DNA of 64,000 nt from Gammaproteobacteria bacterium (GTDB lineage: Bacteria; Pseudomonadota; Gammaproteobacteria; Steroidobacterales; Rariloculaceae). The DNA is taken from positions 71,936-135,935 of the forward strand of contig CAXXDW010000002.1 of assembly GCA_963665575.2 (NCBI GenBank). The letters run 5' to 3'. A program made the translations under genes and the position numbers. This document shows, one piece after another, positions 59,201 through 64,000 of this stretch. How positions within the stretch are numbered: the first letter of the stretch is position 1; the number at the start of each line of letters is the position of its first letter. Below the pieces are notes generated by a model. That model ran no database searches. It worked only from the letters and a program-made list of their open reading frames with translations, and was not told the DNA's origin.

Positions 59201-60799
59201 GTGTCCGGACTCGGCAACCGCGTCGGCAAGCGCCTGTGGCGGGCCGATGACGATCGGCCGCGGCTGACCGGCGCTTCGCAGATGCGCGGCATCCGCATCC
59301 GCGCCGACAACCGCTTGTGGCCGACCGATGACGATCGGCCGCGCTGCGCCGGCGATCCGCAGGTGCCCGCTGTCATCATCCGCGCCGTCCCGCTTCCCGT
59401 AGCCTTCGAGCACGACGTGCGCATTGGTGCCGGACCAGCCGAACCCGCTGATCCCCGCGCGCGGCGGCCGGCCGCCGTTCTGCGGCCAGTCCGTCTGCTC
59501 CGCGGTGACCTTCAGCGGCAGCCGCGACCAGTCCACGGCAGGCGTCGGGGTCGAGTAGTTGAGGTGCTTCGGGATCACGCCGCGCTTCATGGCGAGCACC
59601 GTCTTGATGACGCCTGCGACGCCCGCGGCGGCTTCGAGATGGCCGATGTTGGTCTTCACCGAGCCGATCAGGAGCGGACGGTCCGGATCCCGTCCGAGGC
59701 TGTAGGCCGTGCCGGTTGCCTGCGCCTCGATCGGGTCGCCGACCTCCGTACCCGTCCCGTGCGCCTCGACGTAGTCGACGTCCGCAGGCTCGAGCCCTGC
59801 CCGTTGCAGCGCCGCGGCGATGACCTTCTCCTGTGCGGGCCCGCTCGGCACGGTCAATCCGGGGCTCGCGCCGTCCTGGTTGAGCGCCGAGCCGCGAACC
59901 ACGGCCCAGATGCGGTCGCCGTCGGCCTCGGCGTCCTCGAGACGCTTGAGCACGACGATGCCGCAGCCCTCGCCGCGTACGTAGCCGTTCGCGGCCGCGT
60001 CGAAAGTGGCGCAGCGGCCGTCGGGGGAGAGCATGCCGGCTTCGGCGCGCATCTGGAGAAGCGCTCCGGAGAGGATCGCGTGCACGCCGCCCGCGAGCGC
60101 GAGATCCGCTTCGCCGCGCACGAGTCCGGTCACGGCCTGGTGTATCGCGACCAGCGACGACGAGCAGGCCGTATCGAGCGCAAGCGCCGGACCCTCCAGC
60201 CCGAGCGCGAAGGACACCCGGCCGATGGCCGTGTTGAAGGAGGTGCCGGTGACGGAATAGAGACTCGCGGCCGGCCCTTCCGGCTTGCTCGTGTCGAGGA
60301 TCAGCCCGCGGTACTCGTTGTTGCTGATCCCGGCATAAACGCCGGTGCGCGTACCCCTGAGGCGCTCCGGGTCGATCCCCGCATCTTCGAGCGCCTTCCA
60401 GGAGGTTTCGAGCATCATCCGCTGCTGCGGATCGAGCAACTGCGCCTCGACCGGCGAAATGCGGAAGAAGGCCGCGTCGAAGCGGTCGAGTTCGTCGAGA
60501 TAGGCACCGAACCGGCAGGCCCGGTTCTGCACGCCCGCGTCCGGGAAGAGTTCGCCGAAACGGCCGACGCCGGAGCCCGGATCGCCCTCGATCACGCCGC
60601 TTTCGCCTTGTTCGAGCATGCGCCAGAAATCGGCGAGGCTGCCCGCGCGCGGAAAGCGGCAAGCCATGCCGACGATCGCTATGGGGGCGTCGGTCGCGAT
60701 GGGGGCGTCGGTGCCGGTCGGCGTCTCGCCACGATCCGCGGCGGCGACCTCAAGTGCGCCCGCAGACGCGTCCGAACGGGTGCGGTCGGTCATGTGCAA
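50291..60799 (-). CDS. supA: SupA-type type I PKS: KS-AT-DH-cMT-ER-KR-ACP-KS-(AT core missing)
   Basis: KS (DTACSSS, HGTGT, NIGHLE), AT (GHSLG, PAYHS), DH (HRVFGRLIAP), MT (EVGAGTG), ER (HAGAGGVG), KR (TGGLGGIG), ACP (GMDSL), KS2 (NCASS, HGAGS). Adjacent PPTase, ACP and hydrolase. Confidence 0.85.
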   Translation of the reverse strand: MHMTDRTRSDASAGALEVAAADRGETPTGTDAPIATDAPIAIVGMACRFPRAGSLADFWRMLEQGESGVIEGDPGSGVGRFGELFPDAGVQNRACRFGAYLDELDRFDAAFFRISPVEAQLLDPQQRMMLETSWKALEDAGIDPERLRGTRTGVYAGISNNEYRGLILDTSKPEGPAASLYSVTGTSFNTAIGRVSFALGLEGPALALDTACSSSLVAIHQAVTGLVRGEADLALAGGVHAILSGALLQMRAEAGMLSPDGRCATFDAAANGYVRGEGCGIVVLKRLEDAEADGDRIWAVVRGSALNQDGASPGLTVPSGPAQEKVIAAALQRAGLEPADVDYVEAHGTGTEVGDPIEAQATGTAYSLGRDPDRPLLIGSVKTNIGHLEAAAGVAGVIKTVLAMKRGVIPKHLNYSTPTPAVDWSRLPLKVTAEQTDWPQNGGRPPRAGISGFGWSGTNAHVVLEGYGKRDGADDDSGHLRIAGAARPIVIGRPQAVVGADADAAHLRSAGQPRPIVIGPPQALADAVAESGHLRTAGSPRPIAVDLPESVGASAPAGAGLDPRAARFLPLSAKSDTALGELAARYLEWLDERADALADGAMSDALLSDMAFTAAVGRSHFDHRAGVVFRDADSLRTSLGALVGETAGATARERRKVAFVYTGQASQWPGMGAALYASEPIVRAVLDRCDALLAEDRDGASLLDVMFGRHDAVADLDDPRWKQPAIYALECALTALWTSVGVRPDIVLGHSLGEIAVAEASGVFSLEDGLRFAAARGDLIGALPGEGAMAAIFARPVLVAEAVAEHNAASAGPGVSVAADNGAHQVVSGPAADIETLLARFEADEVRVARLRKSPAYHSAMIEPALGDLEAALARIAFEPPALPFVSNLSGELLAAGEAPDAIYWRRQAREPVAFRACIETLAKFGVDAVVEIGPHAVLGPMLALSWPEGGGAVPAIVSSLHRPSKDEQPPAPGTGGGFIEAAAGAWEAGLALAFEGLFAGEARRRIALPAYPFQREVHWVRPPRGRRLGAGHPLLGTRHESASGEIVFDTELFPSDPEWLADHRVFGRLIAPGALYGAMAAAASLAEGGDAAVVKDFQMQSALVFADSGADGGGAGVVDGGTGLVDGGAEPGRRVQVLIDDGSDGGGPRVRILSRGDGENGWTLHGEGRISADPSAAPTSAPPTDVEGLKAGLAPVDIAAYYQAKTTVGIDLGPAFRTLESLVARQGEAVAAVALPAGLERGPLDVHPLLLDGCFQAMGAARNPDGDDAGITWLPFAWERLWLADSLPEKLVCHVRMRETPGGDAADIRGDAAPEVRTADLRLLGPNGALVGEIEGFAVKRATRAALLSAVEGIDPLLYELVWQDGAREPGVLPADFLTPPAEIRASTNLFPQYVADEGVDPADRAALLADLEQLSLAYALATLDTLGWQRVAGEVVDSETLRKSLEVGDEHVRVFRRLLEMCARAGVLEANGDGFRVVVASGEPFPDGLAADPDAEAARMAGLYAHGTTEIGLFRRSAAALPDVLQGRMDPLTLLFSSGEPTAADLYLKAPVARAANRLLADATATLLASLPASRKLRIIEVGAGTGSATAAILPELPEGRYDFVYTDISAGFFAEAEARFGGAEASIDYRVLDIEKDPIEQGFDRHGYDLVIASNVLHATRYLNETLAHCLTLLAPSGQVVALENLRGQGWLDLTFGQLDGWWRFADDYRAHHALATPPVWRRALEDAGFGDIAILGFDESDPNANPDRGVIVAQGPAEVTEEAGVWLVAADRGGVAARLAEHLAERNQTVLLAGANAALGSRPTAAHHERIVEAFVETERRESWTSLFDELPAEPPLAGIVHLAGLDGHGAEASTQEMATDTRRTAAGALALTQALAESDHVPAKGLWYVTRGAQVLERERGGELAGATLWGLGKVAARELPQFQPRMFDLDPADDIAAAELADELLYPDEETHIAWRFGRRQCARLVRAAAVTDRLALPDEPGWALKPDAGGSLEAITVEPLPEHELEPTQIRASIEAFGLNFRDVFIAIGLVDDFMGGEFCGRVLEVGEAVNSVAVGERVVGLTFRGFASETVTLEAMVAPAPDAFPVSELATIPTAFVSAALSFDLADLKSGDRVLIHAGAGGVGLAAIQLARAAGAEVFATASARKRDYLRSLGVEHVFDSRTTAFSEQILGITVGAGVDVVLNSLTTEGFIDASLACLAEGGRFIEMSRVDILSEEQMTAARPDLSYDILAIDALKEDDPAHAGVILRRVLAQLADGTLQPLRHARWPLAETSAAIKCMRAARHIGKIVLTNSPLARGELRDDRSYLVTGGLGGIGIAVAGWLAERGAGVIVLNGRRAPDAEAEAALEALRGRGATVQVELADVTDPAALDAMFERMDASLPPLGGVIHSVGVLADAAIGNQTWESFETVLWPKVLGAWQLHRATVDRDLDMFVLFSSVAGVLGNPGQSNHAAANAFLDQLAAHRRALGLAGQAIAWGAWSEIGEAEEQRERMSRRSASGGIEWITPQQGLRAFDRLVRDDATTSVVVTRDWVAFGESLENRPPLLEDLLAEGQDDEADGASGEDLQSRLQSAPEAARTEVLVSFLQEEVKAVLRLPSTPAPTVGFFDLGMDSLMAVELRNRLNRAFAGAYTASNTVVFDYPDIAALAGHLATELADLAGGDAAGAAVAGAVASGTATAPATVSAGARAAGPAAAPAAGPAVAPVAAPAGAPSGTPQAIAQPVPQSVAQPAPQFMAAAPGQAIADNAIADNAIAVIGMACRFPGAPDLPSFWRQLGAGYDAVSAQRQESGIRDDYLNELSGHYAAYRRAGFVEGIDRFDARFFGIAPIEARLIDPQQRMLLETSWRAFEDAGLDPDGLKGSLTGVYIGIATSEYRDLMKRGDYGIGYLATAASMAAGRLAYRFGLAGPSMPVELNCASSLVAVHQAVMGLCLGEADMALVGGASAVLSAGITREMADLGMLSNEGACRTFDAGANGFVRGEGCGMIVLKRLADAEADGDRVWAVIRGSAVNQNGATAGATVPNGPAQERVIERALSQAGVAPAEVDYLEAHGAGSAFGDPIELQAAAAAYGKGRDADHPLLVGSVKTNIGHLESAAGIASLIKAVLAMRHGAIPRQLHFRDPSTLVDWERLPLRVVSEPAAWPQVPGRPPRAGVSAFGISGVNAHVVIEGYAEADRAAPTNPTTGTDRAASTDPTTGADRAASTDPTTGAERTAGADRATETGDAAMTDGASVAEGIAGGNGWRPPAGNARLVAPSVPDAGAVSRAGAVLGAGAAPGAGAAPGARAGAVSGAGTVPRAGAVPGAGAAPGTGAESPPREDGSEPQDKRLLPLSAKSGEALRALARRYLAWLDEAADILDGDDGAGAALLSDMAWTASVGRSHFSHRAAVVFHDADSLRERLSAIADTYEHSGSPAAPGDPASAAFPRPEGAAAEPDQFADSDTDLVQACASAYEAGHALSFEKLFAGEMRRRIALPDYPFQQRRFWLPERKSVS

Positions 60800-61126
60800 C
60801 GCTTTTTCATCCGGAAAACGCCTATGGTCGCGCGTTCCCGCGAATCAGCACAAGTACCCGGCCGCCGCGCCCGGAACCGCTGTCCCGGACCGCTTGCTCC
60901 GACCGATTTCGCCGACCGGCCACCTCGGACCGGCCACCCGGGACCGGCCACTCTGGACCGGTTGCCTCGGGCCGTCCATCCCCCGTACCGGCCGCCCCGG
61001 ACCGGCGGCCCACGGCAATCGGGTACACTAGCGAAACAACGATCCACGGAGCCCGGCAAGGCGCTCCCGGTACGAACAACAGGCAAGACGATCACAGCGC
61101 GGATGCGCTCAGCGTTGACCGCAACC

Positions 61127-61930
61127 ATGACAACCGGCAAACGATTCCTTCCCGGCGGCCTGATCGTGGTGTGGCCGCTGCTCAACCTGCCGCAGGCAGT
61201 CGCGCAGGACCCGCCGCCCGCACTATCGGGCGTCTGGAGCACGACCGTGACGGCCCTCGAACATCCGGAGTGGACGCTCGAGGAACTCTTTCAGTGCACC
61301 TGCACGCCGGAGACCTACGAACGGATCCCCGAACTCCTGGACGACCCCGCCAACGAATCTCTGTCCGCTACCGAGATTCTCAGGGAGATCGGCGCACAGA
61401 ACCGCCGGAGCATCGCGGCACTCTTTACCGAGACCGCGCGGGACTATGCCGCGGCCTTCGACCACGCGGACGACCCCGCGATCCAGTGCGAGCCCTTCGG
61501 GGTGTTCCGGAGCCTGCTGCACGGCGATCCCATCGAGTTCGAGCAGCAGGAGGACCGCGTGATCGTCCGGGGCGAGGACATGGCCTCGGACCGCATCATC
61601 TTCATCGACGGCCGCGGCCACCCGGCCGACCTGCAGCCGAGCCCGATGGGGCACTCGATCGGCTGGTACGAAGGGTCGACGCTCATGGTCGAGACGGTCG
61701 CCGTCAGCGCGGCCATCGCCGAAGATTCGCTCAACATCCACAACAGCGACGAAGCCACGAGCGTCGAGCGTTACACGGTCAGCGAGGACGGCAGCAGGCT
61801 GCACATGACGTTCACGCTCGACGATCCGTTGATGTTCCGCGAGCCGCTGACGCTCAGAAGCACCCGGCTCTTCACGCCCGAGGTGCCGTTGCAGGACCTG
61901 CCCTGCGAGGCGATTTCGGGCCAACTCTGA
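61127..61930 (+). CDS. Secreted hypothetical protein (LSGVW…C…GHSIGWYEGxTL family)
   Basis: Signal peptide; DDPAIQCEP, GHSIGWYEGSTLMVET, ERY, terminal LPCE. Start at 61127 or 61103. Confidence 0.78.
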   Translation: MTTGKRFLPGGLIVVWPLLNLPQAVAQDPPPALSGVWSTTVTALEHPEWTLEELFQCTCTPETYERIPELLDDPANESLSATEILREIGAQNRRSIAALFTETARDYAAAFDHADDPAIQCEPFGVFRSLLHGDPIEFEQQEDRVIVRGEDMASDRIIFIDGRGHPADLQPSPMGHSIGWYEGSTLMVETVAVSAAIAEDSLNIHNSDEATSVERYTVSEDGSRLHMTFTLDDPLMFREPLTLRSTRLFTPEVPLQDLPCEAISGQL

Positions 61931-61957
61931 GGGGCCGGACGTGAACGGGGGAGTGAC

Positions 61958-62404
61958 ATGAGAGGCACGATACTTCCGGTGGCCGGTCTGCTCGTGACGG
62001 CGCCCGTCGCCGCACATCACAACGCGTCCGCGCACTACCGGATCGGCGAGAGCATGACGATCTCGGGCGTCGTGACGGAGTTTCGCGCCGTGAATCCGCA
62101 CGCGCGGGTCTATTTCGATGCCGTCAATGACGATGGTGTGATCGAGTCCTGGATGGCCGAAGGCGACAGCTTCATCAACCTCAGGCGCGTCGGCTGGACG
62201 ATCGATGAGCTCGAGCCCGGCGACCGCATCGAGATCGTCGGGCGCCCGTCGCGCGATGGCTCCAATCTCGTCGAGTGGACATCGATCGTGGTCGCCGAGG
62301 GCGCGGAACTCGGCGGCGGCAACGGCCAGGTCGAAGAGCGCAGGCGCTACCTCGAACAGCGGCTGGCGGAATACCGAGCGCAGCGCGGTCGGTCGGCACA
62401 GTGA
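61958..62404 (+). CDS. DUF6152-like secreted protein
   Basis: Signal peptide ending A|HHN, NPHA, W.AE, GW…LEPGD. Confidence 0.8.
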   Translation: MRGTILPVAGLLVTAPVAAHHNASAHYRIGESMTISGVVTEFRAVNPHARVYFDAVNDDGVIESWMAEGDSFINLRRVGWTIDELEPGDRIEIVGRPSRDGSNLVEWTSIVVAEGAELGGGNGQVEERRRYLEQRLAEYRAQRGRSAQ

Positions 62405-62543
62405 ATCGGGCGTTCGGCGCAGCGAGCGGCGCACTCGGCGCATCGCAATCAGTCGGCTCAGCTCGATCAGTCGGCGCAGTGAGCGGGCATTCCGTACAGC
62501 GTCCGGCAACCGGGAAAAAAGCGGGCGTGAAGGGAGACGGACG

Positions 62544-63164
62544 ATGAGCGATTTCCGACCGGGCGTGTCCTTGCACGCATTACGCAGGCTGACGACTGCG
62601 GTGTTGCTGGGCGCGCTCGCGGCGTGGACGCTGCCCGGCGCCGCGCATCACTCCTTCCCGGCGCTGTTGACGGAGGATGGCGAGGAAGTCATCGAGGTGC
62701 TCGAGGGCACGGTGAGGGTGTTCCGGATACTGAATCCGCACGGTGCACTGATCGTCGATGTCCCCGATGAGGCCGGCGAAAACGAAGGCTGGCTGATCGA
62801 GCTCAGCCCCGCTTCGCAGCTCGCACGCGAGGGCTGGAGCGACGACATGCTCGTTCCCGGCGACCCGGTCAGCGTCGCGATCTACAGGTCCCGCACGCCC
62901 GGCCGCGCGCGGATTCGGGCTCTGCTCATGCCCGGGAAAGGCGAGGGCGGCGCCGCGCGACTGCTCGTGTCCTACGGCATCCGCGGCGATACACCGGTCA
63001 TGCGCCGCTTGCGCGAACGAGTGCCCACCTGCGGCATCATCGACCAGAGCTTCCAGAGAACCGAGTGCTTCAGGATCGACGCCGAGGCCGAGCGCGCGCT
63101 CGCGGAGGAGTTTCCAGGCCCGATGGGTTACGTGATGCCCATAGAGCCGGAGACGACGCGCTAG
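62544..63164 (+). CDS. DUF6152-like secreted protein with C-terminal Cys-containing extension
   Basis: A|HHS, NPHG, WLIEL, GW…LVPGD; GGAG RBS. Confidence 0.75.
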   Translation: MSDFRPGVSLHALRRLTTAVLLGALAAWTLPGAAHHSFPALLTEDGEEVIEVLEGTVRVFRILNPHGALIVDVPDEAGENEGWLIELSPASQLAREGWSDDMLVPGDPVSVAIYRSRTPGRARIRALLMPGKGEGGAARLLVSYGIRGDTPVMRRLRERVPTCGIIDQSFQRTECFRIDAEAERALAEEFPGPMGYVMPIEPETTR

Positions 63165-63295
63165 GCGAAACCGGAGGCGCGGACGGAACGAGAGGGACGG
63201 ACGGGACCGGAAGCACAGACGGGACCGGAAGCATGGACGAGACCGGAAGCACGGACGGGACCGGAAGCACGGACGGGACCAGAGGCACAGACGGG
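63164..63295. repeat. 18-bp tandem repeat x~7, intergenic
   Basis: gacgggaccggaagcac(a/g) units. Confidence 0.85.
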
Positions 63296-63315
63296 GCGGT
63301 GCAGGAGGATTTTCG

Positions 63316-64000
63316 ATGAGAGCGCTGAAGTTGCTTGCGATTGTTGCCGGCGCGGTGACCCATATGCCGGCGGGCGCTCAGCAGGACGCCGACGTTGCAC
63401 GCGATTTGTCGGGAATCTACGAAGCCGCGCCCTTTATCGGCACGCCGGAAGTGCGCCAGCCGGACCCCTACCCGTACACACCGGTCGGCGAGAGCGCGTT
63501 CGAAGCCTACGATGCCCTTGTCATGGACCCGCGGGCGCTCGATGACTGTGCGCCGGACAGCGTGCCCGGTGTGCTCTGGTCAGCCAACCCGATGCAGATC
63601 GGCATGGAGGACGGCGTGATCCTGCTGCGTTTCGAGCGCGCCAACATCACCCGGTCGATTCCGCTCGGCGGCCGCTTGCCGGCAGATCCCGAGCCCACCG
63701 GACTCGGGCACTCGGTCGCGCGCTGGGAAGGCGACGTATTGACGATCGAGACCAGCCACATGTCGGGCGGCTATCTCTTCAACAACCGCGGGTATCCGCT
63801 GAGCGCCGAAGGGCGGATCACCGAGCGCTACCGGCGTGTTGGCGACGGCAATGACCTCGTGCTCGAAGTTCTCGTCGACGACCCCGTCAACTACACGGAG
63901 ACCTTCACGCTCGCGCGCGACTGGATCTGGGCGCCGCACGAGGAGATACGCCCGTGGGTGTGCATCGACCTCGGCCCGGGCGACGCCGAACCCGACCTCG
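63316..64000 (+). CDS. Secreted hypothetical protein (GHSVARWEGDVL family), runs off window
   Basis: Not in the ORF track. AGGAGG RBS; MRALKLLAIVAG…RDLSGIY…DDCAPD…GHSVARWEGDVLTIET…ERY…DDPVNY…WVC. Confidence 0.8.
   Translation, partial: MRALKLLAIVAGAVTHMPAGAQQDADVARDLSGIYEAAPFIGTPEVRQPDPYPYTPVGESAFEAYDALVMDPRALDDCAPDSVPGVLWSANPMQIGMEDGVILLRFERANITRSIPLGGRLPADPEPTGLGHSVARWEGDVLTIETSHMSGGYLFNNRGYPLSAEGRITERYRRVGDGNDLVLEVLVDDPVNYTETFTLARDWIWAPHEEIRPWVCIDLGPGDAEPDL

Noticed and set aside
59201-61126. 5' part of the 909-aa ORF 59201-61930
   Set aside because: Antisense to the PKS KS domain. Only the last ~270 codons, which carry a signal peptide, look real.
1-64000. tRNA, rRNA or prophage genes
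   Set aside because: No cloverleaf or rRNA signatures and no phage structural or integrase genes were recognised by eye. A tRNAscan/Infernal run would be needed to exclude them.

Overview
High-GC bacterial window, probably from a proteobacterial marine-sponge symbiont. That origin is inferred from a SupA-type PKS and from ankyrin, cadherin, FN3, SRCR and kexin-like eukaryote-like proteins. Left to right: (1) a triceptide RiPP cluster with a YhhA-like precursor, a radical SAM/SPASM YhhB and a 2OG-Fe(II) oxygenase YhhC that runs off the left edge and is absent from the ORF track; (2) a TPP-riboswitch thiamine uptake operon; (3) a fused membrane/spermidine-synthase-like protein; (4) a YadA-type trimeric autotransporter whose 3' end is duplicated around a TA pair; (5) a ~2,250-aa cadherin/FN3/SRCR/Calx-beta surface protein; (6) two paralogous, shuffled and reciprocally decayed toxin-antitoxin islands (~22.0-25.4 kb and ~33.8-37.7 kb) carrying a family of small N-terminal-TM coiled-coil genes with apparent leaderless promoters, with a kexin-like protease, a di-heme cytochrome c, an oxidoreductase and an ankyrin protein between them; (7) two loci pairing DUF6152-like His-His proteins with an uncharacterised secreted family; (8) an intact IS1182 with a CTAG target duplication; (9) prpC and a sup-type PKS cluster. 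Degenerate tandem duplications occur throughout, in linkers and at gene starts. Several single-base frameshifts lie in G/C runs and may be sequencing errors. No rRNA, tRNA, CRISPR array or integrase was seen. All family assignments come from motif recognition, not database searches.
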